Source: Octopus bimaculoides (Eukaryota). From it: 35,456 bases of DNA. This document shows, one piece after another, positions 11,590 through 24,326 of this stretch. Location of the stretch: the NCBI RefSeq assembly GCF_001194135.2, contig NC_069009.1, forward strand, positions 568,873 to 604,328, read 5' to 3'. Each line of letters opens with the position of its first letter. Position 1 is the stretch's first letter. A model generated the notes under the pieces. That model was not told where the DNA came from. It saw only the letters and a program-made list of their open reading frames with translations, and searched no databases. Position numbers and translations under genes: made by a program.

Positions 11590-11804
11590 AATGGGACAAA
11601 CAAAAGCACTGGAACCTAATCAATGGCTCAGTAGAGACATCGATTAGGGAATTAAAGAAATACAATCGTGTAACGGGAAATAACTTCTACAACACCTAAC
11701 CAAGTTCCAAGTAAATTAATTAAGTTGATTAATTACTGAACTCGTTTTAATGTGAATACGGTAAATTGACAAAGGTTTATTTTAAGGCTGTAATGGTGAT
11801 AATA
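11590..11804 (+). promoter_or_regulatory. Conserved upstream block of unit 4
   Basis: GGGAAATAACTTC (11675-11687) and GAATACG|GTAAAT (11761). Confidence 0.5.
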
Positions 11805-12079
11805 GTGGAGGCGCAATGGCCCAGTGGTTAGGGCAGCAGGATCGCAGTTTCGATTCCCAGACCGGGCGTTGTGAGTGTTTATTGAGCGAAAACACCTAAA
11901 AGCACCATGAGGCTCCAGTAGGGGGTGGTGGCGAACCCTGTTGTACTCTTCCACCACAACTTTCTCTCACTCTTCCTGTTTCTGTTGTGCCTGTAATTCA
12001 AAGGGTCAGCCTTGTCACACTGTGTCACGCTGAATCTCCCCGAGAACTATGTTAAGGGTACACGTGTCTGTGGAGTGCC
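11805..12079 (+). mobile_element. tRNA-derived SINE, family A
   Basis: GTGGAGGCGCAATGGCCCAGTGGTTAGGG (A box TGGCCCAGTGG), GTTTCGATTCC B box; body matches 1-284. Confidence 0.88.
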
Positions 12080-12454
12080 CAAACGGTGAGGTGGGTGCAT
12101 CCCCGGAAATCCTCTGGCCCCAATTTTGCAAGAAAATTTTTTTGTGAACGTTTTTTTTTTATGTTATCATCTTAGTTGACCTAATATACCACAAATGCAT
12201 TTTTTCTGTGGAAAACGGAGGAGGTGGGGTAGGATGCACTCACAAGCGTTTTCTAGAAAATTTTTTTATCTTAGCTGACCTTGTAATACACCGTAAATGA
12301 ATTTTTGCCATACATTAATCAATAAAACAAAATTTTGCAGGACATTTTGGGTATGGGAAAGTAATTTACAAGTTTCAATGCCTCACTGGTTTCTGACCCA
12401 TGTACACATAGACATTAAATGATGACAATTGATGTTGAAATATTTGCAATGTTG

Positions 12455-12497
12455 TTTTACTATCCTCTTTATCTTTCTGCTTCTTTTCCTATTTCAG
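12455..12497 (+). promoter_or_regulatory. Branch point and 3' splice acceptor of ZNF-4
   Basis: TTTTAC...TTCTTTTCCTATTTCAG|AATAAC, 43 nt. Confidence 0.8.
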
Positions 12498-12649
12498 AAT
12501 AACATATCATGTTGATGTAAAAGAAATTTCTTCATCCAGATGTACCTCTGGTATTTTTATTGACTTCCATCGATTAAAGGAAGACCATATATTTATAAGC
12601 CACATTCATCAATACATCAAGCTCTTTATAAATATAAAATCTTCAACAA

Positions 12650-12730
12650 ATGATGAACAATTGGAAATCTATGATGAACAATTGGAAATCTATGATGAAC
12701 AATTGGAAATCTATGATGAACAATTGGAAA
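12650..12730 (+). repeat. 21-bp tandem repeat (ATGATGAACAATTGGAAATCT, about 3.9 copies) in the ZNF-4 leader
   Basis: Three full identical units and one partial; single-copy in the ZNF-7 leader (about 26779). Confidence 0.95.
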
Positions 12731-12988
12731 ATATTTCTTCTGGACAATGAAATTAACAGCAACATTTACTTGTCTTCACTGTCTGGAATGTAAAGGAGAT
12801 GATCAATTTACAGGTTAATTGAGCTTGGATAACTTACTGGTTAATTAAGTTTAACATCTTCTGTTTTGGATATTAAGCAAGATCACAAATGAAAGAAACA
12901 TAGCATTAAATTATTCTCTGAAAATTGTGACACAACTGGACACAAACATATTCATAGAAATGAAAAATTTATTATCATTGTGATATGT

Positions 12989-14065
12989 ATGAAAAAATAT
13001 TCTCTCATAATGAATAATTTAACTGAACCAAAAAGCCCTGATACAAGAGAGAAGCCATATATCTGTGGTAATTCATTCTCTAGAAGTAGTAACTTGACTA
13101 GTCGCAGACGAATTCATACTGGAGAGAAGCCATATCTCTGTGATATCTGTGGTAAATCTTATTCTGAAAAGAGCACTTTAACTAGTCATAAACACATTCA
13201 TACAGGAGAGAAGCCATATAATTGTAATATCTGTGGTAAATCATTTTCTGAAAAAAGAGTCTTAACTAGTCATAAACGCATTCATACAGGAGAGAAACCA
13301 CATCACTGTGCTGTCTGTGGTAGATCATTCTCTCAAAGTGCTCACTTGACCAGTCACGTACGTACACATACAGGAGAGAAAGCATATCATTGCAATACCT
13401 GTGGTAAATCATTTTCTCAAAATGGTCACTTGACTAGTCACAATCGTATTCATGCGGGGGAAAAACCATATCATTGTAATATCTGTGGTAAATCATTCTC
13501 TACAAATAGCCATTTGATTAGTCACAAGCGTATTCATACTAAGGAAAAACCATATCATTGTGATATTTGTGGGAAACTTCTTTCTTGTGATAACACTTTG
13601 AATAAGCACAAACGTGTTCACACAGGAGAGAAGCCATATTCCTGTGACATCTGTGGTAAATCGTTTTCTCAAAGCAGTAATCTAACTAATCATAAACGTA
13701 TTCATACTGGGGAAAAACCATATCACTGTGATACCTGTGGTAAATCATTTTCTGAAAATAGCACTTTAACTCGTCACAAACATATTCATATTGGGGAAAA
13801 ACCATATCATTGTGATATCTGTGGTAAATCTTTCTCTCAACGTGGTGACTTGACTAAACACAAATGTACACATACAGGAGAGAAGCCATATCGTTGTAAT
13901 ATCTGTGGTAAATCATTCTCTGGAAGTGGTCACTTGCCTAGGCACAAACGTACACATACAGGAGAGAAATCATTTCATTGTAATATCTGTGGCAAATGTT
14001 TCACTCAAAGTGGAGAGTTGATTAAACACAAACTTACGCATACAGGAGAGAAAGCATTTCATTGA
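12989..14065 (+). CDS. ZNF-4: C2H2 zinc-finger protein, 11 intact fingers plus one degenerate N-terminal finger, stopped by TGA at a Cys codon
   Basis: ATG at 12989, family-conserved ATG at 13010 (the track start 12980 is GTG). Ends TTT CAT TGA GAT ACA TGT. Confidence 0.85.
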   Translation: MKKYSLIMNNLTEPKSPDTREKPYICGNSFSRSSNLTSRRRIHTGEKPYLCDICGKSYSEKSTLTSHKHIHTGEKPYNCNICGKSFSEKRVLTSHKRIHTGEKPHHCAVCGRSFSQSAHLTSHVRTHTGEKAYHCNTCGKSFSQNGHLTSHNRIHAGEKPYHCNICGKSFSTNSHLISHKRIHTKEKPYHCDICGKLLSCDNTLNKHKRVHTGEKPYSCDICGKSFSQSSNLTNHKRIHTGEKPYHCDTCGKSFSENSTLTRHKHIHIGEKPYHCDICGKSFSQRGDLTKHKCTHTGEKPYRCNICGKSFSGSGHLPRHKRTHTGEKSFHCNICGKCFTQSGELIKHKLTHTGEKAFH

Positions 14066-14627
<562 letters not shown>

Positions 14628-15381
14628 CAGGATCAGTATCAAAATTTATTACAACAGGACAACAATTATGAATATTTTCTCTGCTAAAAGACAGGGTTTA
14701 TTATTCTTCAAGCTGGATGTTATCAACTTCAATTTCATCAATGTCAATATAAAATTCATGAATATTAACTTCAATATTATGCATAGATGGAAATATATCA
14801 ACACAGCAGTGGCTTTGATTTCTGAAGATGATTGCGCTGGATTTTCGAGGAATTTGTTCTGAGAGAATAAAAGAATGGGAATAATGAATAAAAGTTTTAA
14901 AGGACATTGATTTTGTCTTTGTTGTGTTTTCATCATCATCATACTTTAACGTCCATTTTCTATGCAGGCCTGGGTCGGAAAGTGTGACAGGTGCTGGTAA
15001 GCCAGAGTGCTGCTCCACATTCCAGTCAGATTTGGTTTGGTTTCTTTGGCCGTATGCCCTTAAGATACATAGTATATATTTTATAAATATGCCTGGTCAA
15101 GTCTCATAATAGCATGAAACTAGTAGTAGCACTTTCAGTTGTGTATTGATATATCAGGCTGAGTAACAAGTAAGCAATGTTTTGTACCTTTGTCAAAAAG
15201 AATGAGGATTCCCTTTTCAATGTACTGATGGGGCATACGACAGGGCTGAGTTATGTTAAAAAATTAATTGAAGAATGTGTGCTTGAAATGGAACAGATAC
15301 TCTTCAATAGAAATAATAATTTTAAAAATTGTGGATTTAACGATCAAGCATAGCGACTGGTTGAATAGAATATATGAGTTG

Positions 15382-15660
15382 TGTTGGCACTCCATCGCTT
15401 ACGATGTTGAGGTTTCCAGTTGATCCGATTAACGGAACAGCCTGCTCGTGAAATTAACGTGCAAGTGGCTGAGCACTCCACAGACACGTGTACCCCTAAC
15501 GTAGTTCTCGGGGATATTCAGCGTAAAAAGGTGTGACAAGGCTGACCCTTTTGAATTACAGGCACAACAGAAACAGGAAGTAAGAGTGAGAGAAAATTGT
15601 GGTGGAAGAGTACAGCAGGATTCGCCACCATCCCCTGCCGGAGCCTCGTGGTGCTGTAGG
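15382..15660 (-). mobile_element. tRNA-derived SINE, family A, 3' part (runs into a gap)
   Basis: Matches 1-190 and extends through the family tail TGTTGGCACTCC...GAAATTAACGTGCAAGTGGCTGAGCACTCC. Confidence 0.85.
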
Positions 15661-16098
15661 NNNNNNNNNNNNNNNNNNNNNNNNNNNNNNNNNNNNNNNN
15701 NNNNNNNNNNNNNNNNNNNNNNNNNNNNNNNNNNNNNNNNNNNNNNNNNNNNNNNNNNNNNNNNNNNNNNNNNNNNNNNNNNNNNNNNNNNNNNNNNNNN
15801 NNNNNNNNNNNNNNNNNNNNNNNNNNNNNNNNNNNNNNNNNNNNNNNNNNNNNNNNNNNNNNNNNNNNNNNNNNNNNNNNNNNNNNNNNNNNNNNNNNNN
15901 NNNNNNNNNNNNNNNNNNNNNNNNNNNNNNNNNNNNNNNNNNNNNNNNNNNNNNNNNNNNNNNNNNNNNNNNNNNNNNNNNNNNNNNNNNNNNNNNNNNN
16001 NNNNNNNNNNNNNNNNNNNNNNNNNNNNNNNNNNNNNNNNNNNNNNNNNNNNNNNNNNNNNNNNNNNNNNNNNNNNNNNNNNNNNNNNNNNNNNNNNN
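15661..16098. other. Assembly gap
   Basis: Run of N. Confidence 1.
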
Positions 16099-16366
16099 TA
16101 GTAAAATGGAAGGAGACCGATTGAAGAATACCACATTAATTAATGCTGTCCTGTTGTTTATGAGGCATTGATAAGACAGTAAGTTGACAAAGATTAATTT
16201 AAAGCTATATGATGATGGTGGTTTCAAATTTTGGCCCAGAGCCATCAATTTTTGAGACGAACGAGAAGTCGATTACACGGAACATAGTATTTTCCGAAAG
16301 GGATGAAAGCCAAAATTGACCTCAGTCTTATTTGAAGTCACGACTTTCAGCCGATGTCATCTTTGA
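16099..16366 (+). repeat. 268-nt exact duplicate of 17247-17514 (probable mis-ordered contig)
   Basis: No difference seen between the two copies; each copy abuts a gap. Confidence 0.85.
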
Positions 16367-16399
16367 CTTATATTATTTCGTGGGTCAATAAAATAATAA

Positions 16400-16640
16400 T
16401 GATGATAATAATAATAATAATAATAATAATCTTTTGTACGTTGAGCGCAAGGCGTGAAATCTGACGGAAGGGTGCATGTCGATTCCATGGACTCCGGTGA
16501 TCTACTGATTTTTTATCTTATCAATTCCGAAAGGATAAAAGGCAAAGATGACCACGATGGAATTTTCACTTGGAGAGTAATGATGAAGAAAATGCTCTGT
16601 TGAGCATTTTGTCCGGCATGCTAACGATTCAGCCAGTGTA
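16400..16640 (-). mobile_element. Decayed family-C SINE with (TAA)n tail
   Basis: (ATA)n tract then CCGAAAGGATAAAAGGCAAAG...GAGCATTTTGTCCGGCATGCTAACGATTC, similar to 6316-6519. Confidence 0.55.
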
Positions 16641-16772
16641 TAATAGAATTGTGTGAACGTTTCGAAGTAATCATATAGAAGTGAAAACACATAACGACTT
16701 TAGGAGAATATGCGGTGGAGATGGAGTATATGTAATCTGGGTATACCCCCACTTTTAAATTTNNNNNNNNNN

Positions 16773-16820
16773 CGAAACCGCGAATCCGCTGCCCTAACCA
16801 CTGGGCCATTGCGCCTCCAC
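16773..16820 (-). mobile_element. 5' head of family-A SINE (probably the same element as 15382-15660)
   Basis: CGAAACCGCGAATCCGCTGCCCTAACCACTGGGCCATTGCGCCTCCAC after a 10-N gap (16763-16772). Confidence 0.8.
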
Positions 16821-16829
16821 TGGACGAGG

Positions 16830-17190
16830 AGAAACACTGGTACAAATCAACCTGTCAGAGCCATCTATTGGAGAATTGAAGAATACAATCAAATCAAGGG
16901 AAATAACTTCTAACACTTCAATCACGATCCAAGTAAATTATCAATTAAGGTAATTGAGTACCGGTCACCGACTCGTTTTTATCTGAATACGGTAAGTTGA
17001 CAAAGATTTGCTTTAAGGCTGTTATGGTGTTGATAATAATGTAAATAATAGAATTATGTCAATGTCGATGTTACAGTAATTATTTCGAAGCGGAAACTTA
17101 ACATCAGGAAAATATATTTCCTCGTCTTAAATAACAACTTCCAAACTGAAATGTTGATCTGTTGTTTATGAAAACCTATGATCGACTCTT
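16830..17190 (+). promoter_or_regulatory. Conserved upstream block of unit 5 with candidate donor at 16992
   Basis: GGGAAATAACTTC (16898-16910) and GAATACG|GTAAGT. Confidence 0.55.
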
Positions 17191-17514
17191 CCATTAAATA
17201 TAAAGGAAATTGATTGATAAAATGAAAGTAATGTGGCATTATTAATTAGTAAAATGGAAGGAGACCGATTGAAGAATACCACATTAATTAATGCTGTCCT
17301 GTTGTTTATGAGGCATTGATAAGACAGTAAGTTGACAAAGATTAATTTAAAGCTATATGATGATGGTGGTTTCAAATTTTGGCCCAGAGCCATCAATTTT
17401 TGAGACGAACGAGAAGTCGATTACACGGAACATAGTATTTTCCGAAAGGGATGAAAGCCAAAATTGACCTCAGTCTTATTTGAAGTCACGACTTTCAGCC
17501 GATGTCATCTTTGA

Positions 17515-18122
17515 NNNNNNNNNNNNNNNNNNNNNNNNNNNNNNNNNNNNNNNNNNNNNNNNNNNNNNNNNNNNNNNNNNNNNNNNNNNNNNNNNNNNNN
17601 NNNNNNNNNNNNNNNNNNNNNNNNNNNNNNNNNNNNNNNNNNNNNNNNNNNNNNNNNNNNNNNNNNNNNNNNNNNNNNNNNNNNNNNNNNNNNNNNNNNN
17701 NNNNNNNNNNNNNNNNNNNNNNNNNNNNNNNNNNNNNNNNNNNNNNNNNNNNNNNNNNNNNNNNNNNNNNNNNNNNNNNNNNNNNNNNNNNNNNNNNNNN
17801 NNNNNNNNNNNNNNNNNNNNNNNNNNNNNNNNNNNNNNNNNNNNNNNNNNNNNNNNNNNNNNNNNNNNNNNNNNNNNNNNNNNNNNNNNNNNNNNNNNNN
17901 NNNNNNNNNNNNNNNNNNNNNNNNNNNNNNNNNNNNNNNNNNNNNNNNNNNNNNNNNNNNNNNNNNNNNNNNNNNNNNNNNNNNNNNNNNNNNNNNNNNN
18001 NNNNNNNNNNNNNNNNNNNNNNNNNNNNNNNNNNNNNNNNNNNNNNNNNNNNNNNNNNNNNNNNNNNNNNNNNNNNNNNNNNNNNNNNNNNNNNNNNNNN
18101 NNNNNNNNNNNNNNNNNNNNNN
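17515..18122. other. Assembly gap
   Basis: Run of N. Confidence 1.
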
Positions 18123-18175
18123 CTAACCCTGACCCTAACCCTAACCCTGACCCTAACCCTCAACCTAACCCTAAC
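18123..18175. repeat. Degenerate (CCCTAA/CCCTGA)n tract
   Basis: About nine hexamers next to the gap; same downstream flank as 7154-7214. Confidence 0.75.
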
Positions 18176-18801
18176 ACTAGTTTTGTCAGATTTGGCTGTT
18201 ATTTCTAGCATGTAAATAGCCTGCTTGGTGTGTGTGGGGGGGAATTGAAATCTTTCAAAAATTTTTTTTTCAGAATCGGAATCTCCATAGCCTAAAACGT
18301 GGGATTCCGTAAAAAAAAATAATAAATAAGGGGAGGAAAGGTTCAGATTACATATAGTCCATCTCTACCGAATATGCTTTTGTTATTTCTAGAGACACTC
18401 CAGGGTTTAGTGTTACATGTGATATAAAGTAAATATATTAAAGATTTGGTGGATTAACAGTAATTGAAAGTTGTTAGATGTTCTTTAAATTTAATTACTG
18501 CGTAATGAGAAAAAGCTGCCTACTTAATTTTGATAAAAGTACAAATCAGATAGGGTATGTCTACATAAACGTGCCCCACCGATTTTCCTTCCCTGTGACT
18601 TGCTGTAAAATTGGTATTTTCTCATGAAATTTTCTATGATTATATTTCAGATGATGTAGGTTATGACTGTAATACTTTTCAGATGATGTGGATTAGAATT
18701 GTATAGGAATGTGTTGTGAAAAACGCCTTCAGAGACGGTGGAATATAGAAGAATTTCGGATGATTCACATGCCTCAATTTTGTTTCCTCATAATTTACAG
18801 A

Positions 18802-19035
18802 AAATGCAAATGGCTGAGCACTCCACAGACCCTTAGCATAGTCCTCAAGGAGATTCAGCATGAGACAGAGTGTAGCTAGCATAGCCCTTTGAATTACAGG
18901 TTAAACTCATTTTTGCCACCAGAGTGAACTAAAGCATTGTGAAATAAATTGGCTTGGGGACAGAATGTGTCACTGGGTATTGAAATCACAGCCTCACACT
19001 TGTGAGGCAAATATCATAACTTCTAAGCCACGCTA
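18802..19035 (-). mobile_element. Old family-B SINE, unit 5 copy
   Basis: Colinear with 8693-8890 (GCAAATGGCTGAG...GAGTGAACT...GTGAAATAAA...CACTGGGTATTGAA). Confidence 0.6.
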
Positions 19036-19237
19036 TGTGTGAAAAAGTGAAAGCAGATAAAAAACAGGAAAAAGAGGCAAATAGATAAATATTTAGAGAA
19101 ATGTTGAGATGCTTTATCGAAATACAGAATGTTGTAAAAGTTCCAATACTCAATGGATTCTGACCCATGCAAACATAGATATTAAATGGATGATAGTGTT
19201 GATGTTGTAAAATTTGTGATGTTGAATTATTATGTCA

Positions 19238-19280
19238 TTTAACTATCCTGTTTAGCTTACTGTCTTTTTTCCTATTTCAG
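19238..19280 (+). promoter_or_regulatory. Branch point and 3' splice acceptor of ZNF-5
   Basis: TTTAAC...TTTTTTCCTATTTCAG|AATATC, 43 nt. Confidence 0.8.
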
Positions 19281-19566
19281 AATATCACATCATGTTGATG
19301 TAAAAGAAATTTCATCATTCAGATGTGTCTCTGGTATTTTTATTGACTTCCATCAACTAAAGGAAGACCATATATTTATAAGGAGAATTCATTAATAATA
19401 CACCAACCTCTCTATATAAATAAAATCTATAAAAAACAAGAAAATAATTCTTCTGGGTGATGCAATTAACAGCAAGATCAGTTTACAGGTTAATTAAGCT
19501 TGGATAACTGTACAAAGGAGTTGTCAGTTTTCACCTGATTTAGATGTTAAATAAGATCACAGATGA

Positions 19567-19949
<383 letters not shown>

Positions 19950-20051
19950 NNNNNNNNNNNNNNNNNNNNNNNNNNNNNNNNNNNNNNNNNNNNNNNNNNN
20001 NNNNNNNNNNNNNNNNNNNNNNNNNNNNNNNNNNNNNNNNNNNNNNNNNNN
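19950..20051. other. Assembly gap (102 N)
   Basis: Run of N between two sequences that share an identical 163-nt segment. Confidence 1.
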
Positions 20052-20648
20052 ACTCAACCGAACAGAATCATGTTCTTAGAAATGAAAAAAACACTATCAT
20101 TGTGATTTGTATGACAAATTATTCTCTCATAATGAATCGTTTAACAAAACCCAAAAACCCTGACACAGGAGAGAAACCATATCATTGTGATATTTGTGGT
20201 AAATCATTCTCTCATAGGAGTAACTTAACTGAACACAAGCGTAAGCATACAGGAGAGAAGCGATATCGTTGTAATATCTGTGGTAGATCATTTTCTCTAA
20301 ACAGTGTTTTAACTAGTCATAAACGTATTCATACAGGAGAGAAGCCATATCGTTGTGATATTTGTGGTAAATCTTTTTCTGAAAATAACACTTTAACTAC
20401 TCACAAACGTATTCATACAGGAGAGAAACCATATCATTGTGATATCTGTGGTAAATCATTCTCCCAAAGTGGTGTCCTGACTAGACACAAACGTACACAT
20501 ACAGGAGAGAAGCCATATCATTGCAATATCTGTGGTAAATCATTCTTCCAAAGTGGGGACTTGACTAAACACAAACTTACACATACAGGAGAGAAAGAAT
20601 ATCATTGTAATATCTGTGGTAAATCATTTTCCAGAAATAGCCACTTGA

Positions 20649-22137
<1,489 letters not shown>

Positions 22138-22641
22138 TATGTGATAAATCTTTCTCTGAGAACAGTTGTTTGATAAATCACAAACGCATTCATACTGGGG
22201 AAAAACCACATGAGTGTGATATCTGTCATAGATTTTTCTCTGGACATTGTGAGTTAACTACACACAAGCGAGTTCATACAAGAGAAAAACCATATCAGTG
22301 CAACATCTGTGGTGAATCTTTCTCTCACAGAGCTAGCATAACTATACATAAGCGTATTCATACTGGAGAGAAACCATACCAGTGTGATATCTGTGGTAAA
22401 TCATTTTCTCAAAGTAGTGACTTAACTAGACACCAGCGCATTCATACAGGAGGGGAACCATATCATTGCAATATATGCGGTAAATCATTCTCTCAAAAAC
22501 GCTACTTAAGTACACATGTGAATATTCACACACAAGTGTAACTGTATTGATATCAAAATTTATTACATCACAACAACGACAGCTATTTTATCTGCAAAAG
22601 ACAGGTTTTTTTTTCTCTCTTCAAATTTGATATATCAACTT

Positions 22642-22672
22642 ATACCCTAACCACTAAGCCATGCCACTTCAC
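22642..22672 (-). mobile_element. Family-B SINE head remnant at a deletion junction
   Basis: The ZNF-5 3' UTR sequence stops at ...TATCAACTT and is followed directly by ATACCCTAACCACTAAGCCATGCCACTTCAC. Confidence 0.7.
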
Positions 22673-22838
22673 AGGTGAAACAAGTGAAAGGAGAGAAAAG
22701 AAAGAAACAAATGAAAACGAGATAAATTATTAAAGAAATGTAGAAATGCCTCAATAAATTCTGACCCGTGCAAACATAGACATTAAATGGATGACAGTGT
22801 TGATGTTGGAATATTTGCAATGATGAACTTCTATGTCT

Positions 22839-22881
22839 TTTAACCATCCTCTTTATCTTACTGCTTCTTTTCCTATTTCAG
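22839..22881 (+). promoter_or_regulatory. Branch point and 3' splice acceptor of ZNF-6
   Basis: TTTAAC...TTCTTTTCCTATTTCAG|AAAATC, 43 nt. Confidence 0.8.
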
Positions 22882-23252
22882 AAAATCACATCATGTTGAC
22901 GTGAAAGAAATTTCTTCATTCAGATGTGCCTTTGATATTTTTATCAACTTTTATTGACTAAAGGAAGACAATATATTTATAAGGAGCATTCACCAATACA
23001 TCAACTTTTTTATATAAATATAATCTATGAAAAACAACGGGAATATATTTCTTCTGGATGATGGAATTGACAGCAATATCACTTTACAGGTTAATTAAGC
23101 TTGGATAACTTTCCAAAGGAATTGACTATTTATATCTTCTGTTTTAGATATGAAGTAAGATCACATAGCATTAATTATACTTTGAAAATAGTGGCTCAAT
23201 TAAACAGAAACATATTTATAGAAATGAGGAAAACAATATCATTGTGAGATGT

Positions 23253-24326
23253 ATGACAAATTATTCTCCCATAATGAATAATTTAACTGAAGAAAAAGAC
23301 TCTCACACAGCAGAAAAGTCATATCGTTGTATTATCTGTGGTAAATCATTCTCTAAATGTGGTGACTTGACTAAACACAAACGTGTACATACAGGAGAGA
23401 AGCCATATCATTGCAATATGTGTGATAAATCATTCTCTGAATCTAGTAACTTGAGAACACACAAACGTATTCATACAGGAGAGAAGCCATATCATTGTAA
23501 TATTTGTGGTAAATCATTCTCCCAAAGTGGGGGCTTGACTAAACACAAACGTACTCATACAGGAGAGAAGCCATATCATTGCAATATCTGTGGTAAAGCA
23601 TTCTCTGAATCCAATAGCTTGAAAACACACAAATGTATTCATACAGGAGAGAAGCCATACAGCTGTGAAATATGTGGTAAATCAGTTTCTGAAGTCTATC
23701 ACTTGAAAAAACACAAACTTATTCATACGGGTGAGAAGCCATATAAGTGTGATATCTGTGGTAAATCGTTCCCTGAAAACAGACGCTTGACTAAACACAA
23801 ACGTATTCATACTGGTGAAAAACCATATCACTGTGATATCTGTGGTAAATCATTTTTTGAAAATAGCGCTTTAACTAGCCACAAACGTATTCATACTGGA
23901 GAGAAGCCATATCATTGTGATATATGTGGTAAATCATTCTCTGAAAGCAGTAGTTTGACTAAACATAAATACATTCATACAGGAGAAAAACCATATGAGT
24001 GTGATATCTGTAGTAAATCTTTCATTAGATGTTTTGAGTTAACTACACATAAGCGTGTTCATACAAGAGAGAAACCATATCAGTGCAACATCTGTGGTGA
24101 ATCTTTCTCTCACAGAGCTAGCATAACTATACATAAGCGTATTCATACTGGAGAGAAACCATATCAGTGTGATGTTTGTGGTAAATCATTCTCTCAAAGT
24201 AGTGACTTAACTAGACACCAGCGCATTCATACAGGAGGGGAACCATATCATTGCAATATCTGCGGTAAATCATTCTCTCAAAAACGCTACTTAAGTACAC
24301 ATGTGAATATTCACACACAAGTGTAA
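23253..24326 (+). CDS. ZNF-6: C2H2 zinc-finger protein, 12 intact fingers, complete to the ancestral HTQV stop
   Basis: ATG at 23253, conserved ATG at 23274 (the track start 23244 is GTG). All twelve fingers keep both Cys and both His. Confidence 0.93.
   Translation: MTNYSPIMNNLTEEKDSHTAEKSYRCIICGKSFSKCGDLTKHKRVHTGEKPYHCNMCDKSFSESSNLRTHKRIHTGEKPYHCNICGKSFSQSGGLTKHKRTHTGEKPYHCNICGKAFSESNSLKTHKCIHTGEKPYSCEICGKSVSEVYHLKKHKLIHTGEKPYKCDICGKSFPENRRLTKHKRIHTGEKPYHCDICGKSFFENSALTSHKRIHTGEKPYHCDICGKSFSESSSLTKHKYIHTGEKPYECDICSKSFIRCFELTTHKRVHTREKPYQCNICGESFSHRASITIHKRIHTGEKPYQCDVCGKSFSQSSDLTRHQRIHTGGEPYHCNICGKSFSQKRYLSTHVNIHTQV

Noticed and set aside
11805-11870. tRNA genes at the Pol III A/B-box heads
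   Set aside because: The heads continue into shared SINE bodies and lack a complete cloverleaf.
14063-14065. Selenocysteine recoding of the TGA at a Cys position
   Set aside because: No SECIS-like hairpin was recognised downstream, and TGT to TGA is a single ordinary substitution in a cluster with many nonsense mutations.
18123-18175. True telomere or chromosome fusion site
   Set aside because: The tracts are short, degenerate, in one orientation only and embedded in a repeated intronic cassette.
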